A DNA stretch of 64,000 nt. It comes from Vezdaea acicularis. Lineage: Eukaryota. The notes under the pieces were generated by a model. The model was not told the origin of the DNA and searched no databases. It saw only the letters and a program-made list of their open reading frames with translations. Numbering within the stretch: the stretch's first letter is position 1; each line of letters opens with the position of its first letter. The stretch spans positions 1 to 64,000 of the forward strand of contig JAPEUI010000056.1 of the NCBI GenBank assembly GCA_026025075.1, given 5' to 3'. This document shows, one piece after another, positions 13,663-27,395 of the stretch. Position numbers and translations under genes: made by a program.

Positions 13663-14461
13663 CGACGTTCTTTAGTCTGGGGGAGAAGACGCATGTATAT
13701 TTAGACAAGGACTACGACCTTTGTATTGAATAGATCATACCAAACTTTCTCTGCAACCAAGCATGGCGTGAGCGACTTGCAGCTTTGGAGCAGGGATGAA
13801 TAGTTAAAGAGCGCTTTGGAAGGTGCCTCCTTATTCCCTGTCGTGAGACCCGAGACCAACGTCCGCCTAGATCACTTAGTGCAATCATTTAGATTCATTA
13901 CGGAGTCAGATGCAGTCATGAACCATCTTGTAGAATAATTGCCTCAACATGCTGCCACTGAAGCCCATGTAACTGGACTTGTGAAACTCAATCGACGTTC
14001 TCACGAAAGTACTCTGCAATACTCGTAGTGTGTTGATAGCAGCCATGACCAATAAAAGTCTTGGCATTCTCGACTCGCTTCTTGGTTTCGCGAGCCTCGT
14101 GATTGACATTGCTGGCAGACCTAGATCGCCAAACAACATCTCCCCTTTTACCTTTCATCCCACCGACCACCTGACTCTCCGAGTCAGTGATTTCCTCCAC
14201 ATCTCTCTATAAGAGACTCGGCTTCCTGACTAGATCCGGCTGATCTCCTTTCTAGGCCTCAGTTGTCTGAGCTAGTCCCCTTCTTTACACGCCGGCATCT
14301 AAGGTTGTGCGTCATCTAAGGTGACATTACGGCAACAGTAGTCACGACGTACCCTTCGAGGCGTGCGTAACTTCGTCGTGGCGTCTTTCAGCACCTGACC
14401 ATAGGTACAACTCAGAGCTCATTTGTCAACTTGTCCCATAGGTAAAGAGCAGATTTCTAAC

Positions 14462-17400
14462 ATGGACCCTTGCGGTCTTCTTGTAACAGACTCAAGTATT
14501 GGTATGGCCGAGCAGAGTGCCCACGATGTGGTAAAGCAACAGTCAGAAGGCGACGCCTCGCTTTCTGACGACATCGCGACCAAAAAATCCGTTTCTACCT
14601 CCGCGGCGGGCGAGGAGTTAGTGAGCTCGAAAACAGAAGAAAATGCCTTGGCGAGTGCAGGCAACGAGTCTGTATCGCGAACTTCCATATCAGTCCCTTC
14701 ACAACAGCCGGTAGCGGAGGGTCCATTGTTCACTACCAATTCATCGGAAGAAAGAGAACGAGCTATCAACACGGGTAGTCTTGGACAAGCAAAGCCTTCC
14801 TCGGATGAAACGCATTCATACTCTCGCGATAGAAGCAATAATGTCAACGGCACCGCTGAAGATGATCTCCAAATGCCTGTTGATGCTAGCGTAGCATCTG
14901 ATAGTGATTCGGCCAACAAAGACGCCGTGGATCCAACCAAGAAGCTTGGTGATGAGAAGGGACATTCACGTACGAACTCGGTCAAGAAGCCCGGAGCTTT
15001 CAAAGCTGTGTCCGTAACGAGGACTTTCTTACAAAAGACGGCAGCTGGCTCAACGGCCGGCTCCAAGCTGGGTGGAGATAAAGGTAAGTAATTCTTATCA
15101 TGACGTAGAATTACTCTTTGCAGCTCACATTTGGTTACTACAGCATCAACAACCCAGACGGGATCATCTACCCAGGCAACGCCACGGCCTCGACTAGTCG
15201 CAAAGTCCGGGAGCAGCCTTCGTGATTCTCTTCCTACATCCTCATCTTCGGGTCCAGGCGGCGAGGGCGTGTCAGGAGCGGATGGGAGCAAGGTATGGAA
15301 CAAAAACAGACGTAAGTCCATGGACGCGCTACCATTTTCAGCACTGACAAGGTTATAGCTCCCCAGCCTACGGCACCGAAACAGTTCACGGATGAGGAGC
15401 TAAAGCAGCAATACGGCATACACTTAGCAACTAGGCTTCAAACTGATGAGGGCAAAGAGGCGAAATGGGCCGACATTGACGACGATGATGATGACTGGGC
15501 ACCTGATACAATCGAATGGAATGATGGTACCAAGATTACCCTCCCCCACCCTGATGAGCAGCCGATATCCGAGAATAAGACGACATCAAGAGAGCTACAG
15601 GCCGGGCCGGGAGGAGACCCTACGGGATCCATTATCCAAGTGCGAGATTCTCTCCCAGGGAAGCCAGTTGATCCCAAAGTCAGTGTACCGATGGCTGGCA
15701 AGGCTGGGCTTGTTCTGAAAGGGGCGGCTGAGAGACAAACGCTCGTGGCCAAGCCTCCAGGGCCTCCAACTCCGGCAAAGTCACCGTGGGCTCCTCTTCC
15801 GCCTGTCAATAAAGTTCCGCCCGTGACTATCAATCCGATTACGAATCCGCAGCAGGCAGCACGCTTTCAACAAAATAATCCCCATGGCTTCGAATCGATG
15901 CCTGCACCAGCGAAGGAGATTGCAGCCGATGACTTTAGTCGCTCCACGTGGCGCGAAAACAATCCTTCAACCAGTCGGGAGTTGTTCAATTCGCAGTCTG
16001 GACGGTATGAACCTGTGGCTGAAGGTCGCCGCGGCTCTATCAGGCAAGATCAGCACTTCCGTCAACCTTCTGTTTTACAGAGACCCTCCCCTACAGATCA
16101 GAAAGGTCCTGCAGAACCCTCGGCAGCATTTCAGACAAGTCGGTCCAGCGGCTACCCTGATGCAGGATGGGGTAGGCGACGAGCCTCCTCGAATATTAGC
16201 GGGGGTAGTGGAAGTCTGGGGCAGCAGTCATCATTTGGCAAAGGGCAAGATATGCCGCCACCACCTCAAGACTTCCAACGAGACAAGCGACGGGATTCGC
16301 AAGCCATCATTGATTCTCCTTCATCTCCTCGTAACTTTTCCCCTGTCAGGACTGCTCACCATCAGAATATGAGAGGCCACTCGCCGAGTAGCAGTAACGT
16401 TCAGTCGAGTCACCAACCGTGGCAAACTCGACCGCCCGTTACAGCCAACCAGGGTATCCAGTTGCATGCTGAAGATGCAAAAGACATCACTGTGCCAAGT
16501 CATCCTCAACCGATTCAGGCTACAAGCGTCCAGCCTCAGCAGAGCGAGTATGTTGACCCTGTTGCCATGCAGCAAAAGGTTATGCGTGAGGGCCGAGAAC
16601 TCGCCAGACAACGTAGAAAGGAGCAGGAAGAGAAAGAGGAAGCGTTGAGAAAGGAGCGTATTGCGGCTAAGCTCGCAGCTTTGCCCCCTCCACCGAATGC
16701 CTCTGGGGATAAGCCCGTCTCCGAAAGCCAAACGGCAATCAAGACATTGCGAACTGGAGAAGCAAAGGCTCCTTTACAAGCTCCGAAGTCGCCGCCAAAA
16801 CCACCAGTTCCAGAAATTGCTGGAGAAGTCCAACAGTATGGTATGATGAAGCTACACCGCCCGGAGCCTGTCAAACAACGCATCGGTGGACCACATGGAA
16901 CAGTTCATCCAGCATCTGGGTTGCAACCATCCGATCCACGTTCGATGACCCAAGCGAAACTTCCTCTCAACGACCTTCCTGAGGCCTCTCGGCCAAAGGA
17001 AAATACTCCTCTCTTCTCAGATAGGTCCCATCCTGTCCAGCAGGAAGTAGACACGAGGTATAAGGACGTTAACGAGGCTCAAGGCCCCACACGCCAAGAT
17101 CAGCCATGGATGAATGTGCCTCCTGGACCTGATAAGTATACAAGCTGGGGTGCAAGCGGGATGACTACCCATTCTGCCCCTGGCGGAAATCTCTGGGGAC
17201 CTCCGAGTAATGATAAAGCTCTTGGTAACGGCACTTTTGATGGCGGCTTCGGCTCTAGACTGCCTCCTCCATCGGCACACTCTCAGCAATTAACACCGCC
17301 GGGACCTGGTCCCATCGGGCCTCCTAGTGCGTCACCTCGTCTTAGCAGTAATTCCACTTCACCACAAATCAAAGGCACTGCACAGATTAATGGTCAAGAA

Positions 17401-18822
17401 ATAAGAACCGATCAAAGAATACCATCCGGAACGCACCATCCTCATCAACTGAGTCATTACGGCGGTAACGTAAACCCACGTGGAAATAGCAGCTATATTC
17501 CAATGCAGCCAGGACCAATTGGACATCCAGGTGGCCCATTAGGCGTTGGTCGGCAGCAAAATACTCGAACTCCACCCGGCATGAGCCAAGAGCAACATGC
17601 TCAGGCCATAAATGCCTGGAAGAATTTCCCCGTTCAGCTACAGCGTCAGGAGGCGGAAGAAAGGGATGAGATGGAACGGAAGTGGCAGGCGGAACGAGAA
17701 GAAGAGGCTCGTACTGGCATCAAAAGGATAGCACCACAAACAGTGTATGAAGAGACTTGGCGGCAAGTCAAAGCTGGCGATGGCCCTCCCGGTCAGCGAC
17801 GACTGGTCAGTGTCGTACGGACGGTTAATGCTCCTGTAGCGGACTTAGATATTAAAGGCCCACACCAGGTCCAATCGAATGGAGTGGTCGGTGCAGCTCG
17901 CGGCTCGCGTTTCTTCCCTAACGGGAGCGAAATCAATGAACACCAAATACCCGGGAAACAAACATCACTGTCTCGGCCGGCATCACCTCCACCGCCAGAC
18001 GCTCTAGATCATCCGGTTCGAGATGGTAACACTCTTCATCCACAAGTGAGCCTTCCTATTCCGAAACCGGTTGTTCGGCTTCCACCTCCGATTTCTGTAG
18101 ATTCGTCTGCACCAGTTTCAAGGTCATTGCCTAGTCCTGAACGGATATCGTCGGCTACTACAAACAATTGGCAGGACAAGTTCAACGATCTCCTAGGGAA
18201 AAAGCAAATCTCCCCGCCAAAAAGCTATGCGCTTGCTGTGAATTCAGCAGCTATGGGTCCGATGGAAGGCCAGTCTGTTTCCAATTCAGCAACTGTCTCT
18301 CTCCCCAAGAAGCTTGCTTCTGGTGCTGTGATGCCACCGCAGGATACTGCAGATGTGACTTCAAAACCTACCGAGGAATCATTGCTTGAGGATCGGGACT
18401 TTGGCTCACTGCCAGTCATCAAGGTTCCGAAGATGATCGCGCAGAATTTGCTCAAGTTTTCTCCTGCAGGACCTCCACCAATCAACAGAAGCAAACCTCG
18501 TCTTCAAAGACAATTCATGGTCACTAGTATCGAGTCGATAAGATTCCCTATCCATGATAATTCCGATGGCTATCTGTTTCGAGTCAGACTTCCAGGAGTC
18601 GTGAAGCACAAAACTGTTCTGAAGCCTCGCTTGCCCGGCGGCTCTCCACGCCATCGTAACTTGCCATTCCAATTCAAAGACAAACACAAGTCACCTAAAT
18701 CGAGAGAAACGCCTGCGAGCTTCTCCTCGCCCAATTCAGCGACTGGGCCGTCTCCCCGACCTCACGGGCCTTCAAGTACCGGGTCCTGGGTCAACAAACC
18801 TCGCAGTGCTGCTGCAGTGTGA
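14462..18822 (+). CDS. Large low-complexity Pro/Gln/Ser-rich conserved hypothetical protein, 3 exons (introns about 15084-15143 and 15312-15358); start ATG uncertain
   Basis: Splicing joins ORFs 14423, 15131 and 15640. Blocks FKAVSVTRTFL, VWNKNR, KQFTDEELKQQYGIHLATRL...KWADIDDDDDDW, NSQSGRYEPV and a central charged coiled coil. Confidence 0.75.
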
Positions 18823-19407
18823 AAGATCTTTTCTTTTTCTCTTGATAGGTGCGCCAAGGAAGGAGTCTTTCTGCTCATCTTCTCGCGTTCAAATGGACTG
18901 TTGGTCAGAAAATGAAGGTCGGAAGGGAAGGGCGATCATAGAGTCGATCCGCCTCCCCGTCGACACCATCCCCAAATCATCTCCGCTTGATGAGAAAGGG
19001 TAGCCTCATAACTCTTCTAGAGATTGAAGGTGACTCAAGATATTCTCCTTTGCAACGGCCACTCGATTGAAAGCCAGTTTGCTCGTGTTGATTGGCTATC
19101 GCCACCGGGGTTTTTCGCGTGGTACTCTCTTGCTTCACAGTGGGTCATTGAGCAAGGGAACTAGCAGTCACGCTCCCTGGGAATGTAACTAAAGATTACA
19201 CACTCTAGACAAACCAATCACATTATTTCAAATTCTTGTCTGATTTGCTAAGGCCATGTCTTTGCGTTCGATTTCTTCCTGAAAGCACTACTAATGCCAA
19301 CAATGAATTGCAAACTCCTCTAAATGCCATAGCCCACTGCGCCTTGCTCGTAATAGATCCTTATTTGAAACCAAACCGGAATAGAAATCAGACGCCAGAC
19401 TGTTCCT

Positions 19408-21372
19408 TCACCAATTCCAGGTCCTAGAAGAAGCCGTGAACACCGGTGGCTTCCACACTAGCTTATCCGGATCAATCCTTCGCTTGCCCTTGATCTTCTC
19501 CTTTTCTCGCTGCTTCTCCTTTTGTTCTACGACGGCGTCCGTCAGGACTATAACGTGTTGGCCTTTCTATTCAGCCATTAGTCTTATACCTAAGTTTTTT
19601 CTTTGTGTAAGTGCAGATGGCCTACCGAGTAACGTAGCATATTCAAATTCTGTAGCGTGTGCAGCACGTCTGTGGTAGTCATCGCGCTCAAAGCTCCGAT
19701 CTCTTCCACGTTCACCTCACCCCTTCCGTCCATTAAAATATCTACAATCGTCTCCTGCCAGTAAGCCCGATAACTCAGCAGTCCCAGATCGCTAAGTGGT
19801 TTCTCTGGGGAGCCAAGTCTGCCCTCTCGCTTGGATAGCTCGTAGCTAAAGGCGATGAGTAGCCGCCCTAGCCCTTTCCTTTGGTACTGTGGTAGAGTTA
19901 GGATGCATGCGAGATTATAGCCTTCAGTGGACTCCTTCTCTTTACTAAAGTAGCCAACCAAGTGGCAGCCGTGCTCATCACGTGTGGTCATGCAATAGAA
20001 GAGGAATGGGTCCACATCGTAATAGAGCGTTTTGTGGTCGAGGAAAAGCTTGGACAAGAGGCAAAGGTTACGGCACCACGTTCTTTGCCTTCGACCGTCG
20101 ATCTCAAAAAATGACACGTAGTCATCTCTGTAAATTTCATTCCCGGGCGGATGCAGCATGGTGCATTTCTGGCGATGCCGGGTGAAGGGTCGCTGGTCGC
20201 CGAAATACGAAAGGCAGAACTCGCAGATGTACATCATCGGCTCCTCGGTGAATTCCACGGGATAGGGGCTGAAATACCATGGATCCAGCTCGAATTTTCC
20301 CATCTGCACGCGTGTCAAGTTGCGTACTCGCGACACCTCTTGGTGGTTCTGTGTCATACTGCCGGATGTCCTTAGTTTCTCGATCTCATCTTCTCGGGAG
20401 TAAACCTCTGGTGCAGAGGCTTTCGCGGCGGCAGCTGCGTCTTGCACGTCCACGAGATCCATCTCCTCGTCATCTGGCTTAGGAGTCGACCCGTCGATCA
20501 CCTCTGTCTGCACGACTATACTCTCCGAGTTCTCCTTTCCACTCGCTTTCGATGGTCGCGGTGCCTTCCCGGGCAAATTCGATGATACGCTTTCGGGCGT
20601 CCCTGACATCTCGCGCGAGAGCTGCCCACCGAGTCCTCCACGAGGTCGCTTCTGGCCCTTCATCATGAGCTTCTTGTCATCCTTAGGCGCAGCGGCACCA
20701 GTAGCCTTCTTTGGCTTATCAGGCTTCTCTGGCTGTGGCCATTCAACCTCTTTAGAGAGGTCGATCCGGTCTGCTGGGACCCATTCATCAAGACGCTTGT
20801 TGAACTCATCGTAGTGGACGTAGAAGAAAGGGACATTTTTGCGGGTTTGCACCGATAGGATCTCAGCTTTGCGTTGCTCGCCATCCTGAAGATATGTTAG
20901 GAATTCAATATGACGGATACGTCACTACCCAGATGATGCATATTTTCACAGGAAAATGCAGGACTAAAATGAGATCGCCCCTTAGAGGCCTTTGCTAGGG
21001 GGAATAGGCGCTCGTGAGAAAACATCATCTCCGTAGAGATGAGCATGATAAGAAGGTAAAGAAAATGACGTCGACGACGCCAATGTAAAATGCTGAAATA
21101 TGACGATCAAGCAGATTTGAGGCCCAAAGTTCTATTGTGGCGGAAAGCATCGCTAGAGAGCGAAGGCAGTCTTTCGAGCCAGAGCAAAACTCACCTTTTC
21201 GACAAAGGCTTTCACACCGATCCTACATTGGCAAATTAACAACACCGTCATAAAAAATGAGTACAGCTATTGTTAGAAATTGAATATACCTTAAAGTAGC
21301 TAAAGTCGCAAATCCTTTTTCGACCGGATCAGGAGTTGCTTTTGCCTCCTCAGATACATCTCTAGGAGCCAT
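19408..21372 (-). CDS. ESA1: MYST histone acetyltransferase Esa1 (NuA4 catalytic subunit), 5 exons or fewer
   Basis: Chromo/Tudor [24 protein letters not shown]2HC zinc finger, [47 protein letters not shown] and C-terminal [15 protein letters not shown]. Confidence 0.96.
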
Positions 21373-21554
21373 GACGAATATCTGTTTCTCATGTGCAGAA
21401 CTAGGATGAAAATTGTGAAGGCGTGATTACCGGCGATGAAGGCGTGGTATTACGCTGCCTAGAAGTGTTGCCTCAAAGCGAGATGACTTTCATGGAAGTC
21501 CAACTGCAACGGACAAAGGCGATGGCGTATTATGCAACGCACAAAGTAGTCACG

Positions 21555-21586
21555 CACGTGATTCGTCTATAGTATCACGTGAGTCA
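21555..21586. promoter_or_regulatory. Two CACGTG E-boxes and an overlapping TGAGTCA (Gcn4/CpcA-type) site in the ESA1-REX4 divergent promoter
   Basis: CACGTG 21555-21560, TCACGTGA 21575-21582, TGAGTCA 21580-21586; function is inferred only. Confidence 0.4.
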
Positions 21587-22115
21587 CTTTCTCAGATAAA
21601 CCTCCAAATGTTTACTGAAAAGAAGCATGGACATCTCTCCACCTCTACTAAACCCTTTATAGACGCTCATGGTGAGCAGTGTAGCTTCAGATCACGTAGA
21701 ATGACTGGTTTAAGTGCCTCTAAACATAAGTTACGCATTACTAGGCCCACATGAAGGATACGAGAGCTTGAATCTTCTAGTCATCAAATTTGTATTGTTC
21801 TCTGGCAGATATCTTAATAACCCCCACCATTAAGGAGCTTCCCCACGTCTGAATTCGAAGTCCGAAATCCCGTAGATGCACTGTAAAATCTTTAAAAATT
21901 CGCCTGAGATTTCCAACCCGTTCACATTCTGATCGTAGCATGCGTACTTTGGTTTAAGAGGTTAAGAGGTTAAGGCAGGGTCCAGCACGAAATTTGGAAT
22001 TCGATTTTGGCGAATTACGGCGGCATAAGAAAGCGAGGTTTAGCAGCGCCCCACATCATATGGGTTTAAGCACCGGCACTATAACGGCCGGTTGGCATGA
22101 TGCGAACGGACAATC

Positions 22116-23221
22116 ATGGCAGAGCTCACAGAATTATCAAGTAACTGGAAAAATCTCCAAGCCAAGATCAAGAAAGATGACCTTTCCAACCCACCAAAAA
22201 GGAAAGTCAGATCTAATACCTCTGAGCGGAGCGGTGCGAACGAATACAGACGACAGAGGCTTAATTCTAGAGCGATGACGCCTCGCCGGCCCAAGAGTAG
22301 CTCAGGCGGGAAGATCGAGTCTCAAGACGGCGTAGATGTCTCAATGTCCGATGCTCCACCTCCAAGTGAAGAGGCCTCAAAGCCCGTCGAATTCGATTCC
22401 AACCTTCCCTCAATTAACTTCGGCTTCAACCCCAAGTCCGTTCCCATCTGCCCCACCAGCCTCTCCAAACAAGCTAACAACGTATCTATCCAGCGTTGAG
22501 ATCGGCAAATACGTAGCCATCGACTGCGAGAATGTCGGCGTCGCCGGGCCCCCCGTCAATTCCTCCGCCCTCGCCCGCGTCAGCATCGTCAACTACCATG
22601 GCATACCCATCTACGACTCTTACGTGAGGATCAAGCAACGCATAACCGACTACCGCACACGCATCTCTGGCATTCGGCCGCGGAACGTGTCGGCCGAAGG
22701 GCGCGATTTGGATGAGGTGTTGCGGGACGTCAATCAGATATTGGAGGGCAGGATCATCGTGGGGCATGCGATCCAGAACGATTTTACCTCGTTAGGGATG
22801 CATTATCCGGGGTGGAGCGTAAGAGACACGACTAGGTTAGAGAGGTATCGCAGATTGACTGGTGGGCGGACTCCGGGTTTGAAGACGCTGTCTAAACTGG
22901 TCTTGGGGCTAGAGATCCAGCAAGGAGAGCATTCGAGTGTAAGTATCTTGTGATGGAGCAGAGGGAGGGTTTTGGCAGGAGTAATGCTGATTCGATCGCG
23001 GGGTGTAGATTGTGGACGCGAGAGCGACTATGATGCTCTATCAACGGTACAAAGCCGAGTTCGAAGCTCAATACGCCAGAAAGTACGGGTTGCGAACGAT
23101 GCAGGCAACGGCGGCGAGAAAGGGCGCCCCACAAACGAAGTCAGGAAAGAAAAGGCCAAAAAAGCGAGCGAAAAAGGGCCGGCCTGGTCAGGCCAAAGAA
23201 GTCACCATGAAAGAGGGATAG
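22116..23221 (+). CDS. REX4: RNA exonuclease 4 (DEDDh), 3 exons
   Basis: LSSNWK N-terminus, GKYVAIDCENVGV, LARVSIVNYHG, TDYRTRISGI, VGHAIQND, IQQGEHSS|IVDARATM; introns 22436-22493 and about 22939-23008. Confidence 0.92.
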
Positions 23222-23538
23222 CGGTCAAAAAGAGAAAAGTAGTCTAGTTGTGAAGCAAATGTCCATTTACCTCGGACATAGCACATGATCCTCCCACACA
23301 CACGCCGAGCAAAACGTAAGCAGGTCTAAACTGGACGATTGTCCTAGAACGCTCGCTGGAACACCGAGGATTCCCCAGTCCTGGCTGGTGAGAAGCAGAT
23401 CTATAGACGCCGGCAATGCAGGCCAGGCTGGATGGATAGAAACGAACGGCTTGAAGTGAGCTTTGGGGGTTATTGATCCCCACTCTAGCCTAGCATTTCG
23501 TGCCACAGGATAGTTAGTACCGGAGGCTTTACCTAGTC

Positions 23539-25134
23539 TCAAAGTGGTATGTCTTCCAACATCTCCATCGACCCCTCTCGACTCGCTGTGATGATAACAT
23601 CTCCCAGCGTCTTCGTCGCGAAGCCTGCTTCGCAGTACGTAAAGTAATACTCCCACTTCCTGCCAAAGACCTCCACGTCCGTGTCCGTCATGTGTGGATG
23701 TTCCTGGAGCAATGCGGGTCGTATCCTCGCGTCAAAATTCTGCAAGAATTTCTGTTTCCAGAGCCGGAGCGTCTTGGAGTAATGCCCGCCGATGTCCTCG
23801 ATGTCGTTGATCACAAGGGTTCCATTTGTACCACGATGTATAGAATCAACAAGTTGAGAGACGGTGGGGAGGTGCCCTCCTGGAAAAATGTACTTGCGGA
23901 TAAAACTACGGCCGAAGTTAGCGACGCGACTAAGCCTGTAAAGTTGGGAAACTGTACTCTTGGCCTTTTGAATAAGCCTCGTATCTCGATTCAGGGATGG
24001 TTATGCATTGGAACATGGCGATTCCCCCGTCTTTCTTCAAAAGCTTGTCGACGCATTCAAAGTATGTCTTTAGAAACTCCCGGCCCACAGCTTCCAGCAT
24101 CTCAATGGACACTACTTTATCATACCCCCGTTCTGGTACTGGTAGTGCACGATAATCGCACAGTAGCACCTCGATATGATTCGAATAGCCAGCAGCGGCA
24201 ATGCGCTTTTCTGCCAGTACCTTTTGTTCTTTCGATAGCGTGAGAGAAGTCACTCGGCATCCCGTCTGTCGGACAGCTTCAATCGCAAAACTGCCCCAGC
24301 CCGTCCCAATCTCTAGTACATGGTCTCGCTGTTTTATCTTGGCTCCGTGAATGAAGCGATTCAGTTTCGTCATTTGCGCCGCTTGAAGAGTCTGGTTGGC
24401 ACTTCCTGAGCTTGATTTGGGCGACCAGATGGGACACGAATAGGTCATGTCCTCGGACAGGAAAGCAGCAAACATCTCGTTGGAAATGTCATAATGAGCA
24501 GAGATATTGAGCAGAGAGTTCGACATGGTGTTCGAGCTGCGTATAAGTCCGGAGATGGTGGAAGCGATAGAGGAAGTTACAGTTGTCACGTTGGCAAGCT
24601 CATTGCGGTTCAGGATGAAAACCTAATGCGAATGGCAATGCATGATTTAGTCTTCACCGCGCCACCACAACGGCTCGAGGCATCCTCACCTGAAAGAAGG
24701 CCGTGAGTTCTGTGCATTCTACCTCACCCAACATGAAGGCTTCTGCAAAGCCCTGATGGTCGGTGCATTAGCTAAGTTTCGAGGCACTCGCCAGCGTCGA
24801 ATGACATTGGCTTGGCCTGAAAGCCAATCGCAGAACGTACCATATCTGCGAACAGTGCCAATCGCAACCAGAAGATTTCGTTTCGTACTGTGAGCTTCGC
24901 CATTAACTTGGGCTGGCGATGCTGCTCGGTCTCCCCGAAGCATAGAACGGTGCCGTCCGTGTCCTCGATGACCAGAGAGCCCTTGATTATGCCCGTGAGC
25001 AGAGCGCAGACGCCTCGCCGGGAGAGGTGCACCAGCGGTCCCCAGGCATAGGACGAGGCATACGGGCGGACAACGTCCGAGATGGAGGCAATTGGAGTTG
25101 CCAGCACCGTCAACGACCGGCGCAACGGAGCCAT
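23539..25134 (-). CDS. Cyclopropane-fatty-acyl-phospholipid synthase family SAM methyltransferase, 4 exons
   Basis: NISAHYDISNEMF, MTYSC, VLEIGTGWG, LTLSKEQ, VSIEMLEAVG, IRKYIFPGG, HYSKTLRLW and WEYYFTYCEAGF. Confidence 0.92.
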
Positions 25135-25890
25135 TGCGAGATCTTGAAGCATGCTGAGGGAGGTTATTGAGCAGAAGGGGTGCAGGAAGGCGGTCAGCTT
25201 TTCATTTGAGGGAAAAGTATTCGTCTTCCACAATGGCGGATGACGGGACGTTTATGTCCGCATGTATGCACTAGTGGTGGGGCGGCAGAGTGTTGGGAGC
25301 TAGACCGCAAGGAGCAAATGTAAACTTCGACTGGGGAGTCTGAGCGGTGGAACTTGCGACCGGTCGCCAGACTCGTCGTCCAAAGAATGAGCCATGGTCG
25401 CGCAACAAGGAGGCTCCTACAAGCACAACACTGGGTGGCTGCATTCCTGTGGACGTATGCGATTCACGGAGGGAATTAATGAAGGCGAGCCGAAAATCGA
25501 TTGTCATGACGGCATACAAGTCTCGCTTGTACCTGGCGCATCGTCGCGATCGGGAACCTCGTAATGTCCCAGGAACCAAATTTAGATGTATCCTCGAAAG
25601 AACTGTTCCGAGCCCCATCGTCTATCAAAACTCAGCGAGAAGTGGAATCGGCTTCGATTTAAAATGATATACGGGCTGGCTACCAAGCGCTGGGCACATA
25701 TGCATGCATCGACCATGGCATTTGCCCGGGCGGAATTAAGGTTCTGCCGAGGCTTCGCTTAAATTAGCCGTGATCTTTGGATCTGTGTCGCGATTCGCGC
25801 TTCAACGCGTCGTCCGATCTAGGAGTAAATATAGACGAACGGATATCTACTCTGACGAAGTCCATGAACCATCAACATTTGTGCAGGAAT

Positions 25891-26539
25891 ATGCTTGCAA
25901 TTCAAAAGAGCCAGAAGCCTGAGGGTAAATGCTCAGCCAACATCTTGCCATGTCGCATCAGTCACACAGGCCCTGTGAGCTCGTCGGAGAGATATTGGAA
26001 GCCGCAGAAGGAAGACGGTAAGTGATATGATTTCAAGTCTGAAGGAGGCTGAATTTCGTCGTAGATAAGAACGTAGCATACTTCCGGGGGCGAAGATTAC
26101 TGGGCAAGACTATACGAATACCGGACGGGTACCAAGGTACGGGGCACTGTTGAGAAAAGTTGGAGAGCTGAATAGTAATGAAGCCGTGTAGGGGCCGTCG
26201 TGGAGCGGACGGAACGTATGCTGCCTGTTGCGGACAAGAAGATGAGCTCCGTGATAGGATCTGGAGATGATGAAGACGGAGACGACGAACCCGAACAAGT
26301 CAACATCCTCGAAGAGACGAATACCTTCGACGAGATTGTGGTTTGGGGACATGAGACCTTGCCGGATGACATGGACGATCCTTACGTCAAAGGAATAGAA
26401 GAATGGATACCATTCGCGGAAGCTGTAAGTGAAAGATATACCGATTTGTTGCTATCGCTCATTGGAGGTGTAGATGCATTCGTACTCGGCGGCAGAAGAG
26501 GATCCCGTACCATCCGAGCAAGCCGAGGAGAAACATTGA
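25891..26539 (+). CDS. RNH203: Ribonuclease H2 subunit C, 4 exons
   Basis: NILPCRISHTGP, AYFRGRRLLG, FDEIVVWGHE and DPYVKGIEEWIPFAEAMH after splicing. Confidence 0.88.
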
Positions 26540-27254
26540 TCCGCCTTGGACTGCGGAGCTGTTGTAGTAGTAGCATTTCAGGCGTAGAGAAAGTATTGGC
26601 TGTTGTCTTTTTATAATGCGCCACTGACTATTCGCGTGATCTCTCATTCATTCTGAAATTATCTTAATCCCCTCGACCATCAGCACAAGGGTGAATACCC
26701 TCTTTGGACCAGCTTATACCTCTCAGGTAACACTGAAGCCCTTCGCCAGCCCCTATTTGGCTGTTGCGGCTCCACGAGATATGGGTCTCGCTTTTTGCTG
26801 CTCTCATCGTATGGCCGTCTGGCATATTTCATGCCCTATTTTGCCGTATTGTATCGTTAGCTTGATGTTCAGAGACGATTGAGGATACTGACGTACCAGC
26901 TCAGCGAGCTACATCCATACTTATAGAGCGGCTCATTTGTAAAGCTCCTAAGAGGATGCCTGGAGCTCGCTCCTACTCCTGAGCTTAAGGAGGCTGCCTT
27001 GAAACGCAATTACAGGACCGGAAGTTTGGCCAAAAAAGCGCATGATATATCATTGCATAGCAAAATTACGCCCAGAAACTACTGCGCACTAATGCGCCAA
27101 GAGAATTATAGAGATAAGCGTCTCTGAATTTGGTGGGGTTGTTCGTTCACAATTTAGACGTCATACAGGAGTGGGGGATGCTGGCTCCATCTCTCGTCAA
27201 AACACCATTCCAACCTTTGGCCAATGAGTTCAAGCTTTTTCGCTCTACGCCAGC

Positions 27255-27277
27255 AAAAAAAAAAAAAAAAAAAAAAA
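27255..27277. repeat. Poly(A) homopolymer of about 23 nt downstream of THR4
   Basis: Uninterrupted A run, i.e. poly-T on the THR4 coding strand. Confidence 0.85.
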
Positions 27278-27395
27278 GGGTTTGAATGGAAGGCGAGTCA
27301 GGTTGCAAAGGCTCTTTTAGGTTGTACATACATAGTGTTATCCAATCAATGCACAAAGCTAAGCATCTAAATTTTTGATATGATTTGCGGAATTT

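Noticed and set aside
14419..15321. 300-aa minus-strand ORF
   Set aside because: Antisense to a spliced plus-strand gene with good splice signals; no recognisable domain.
27255..27277. Poly(A) run as a retroelement tail
   Set aside because: No target-site duplication or retroelement sequence nearby; a simple homopolymer in a 3' region.
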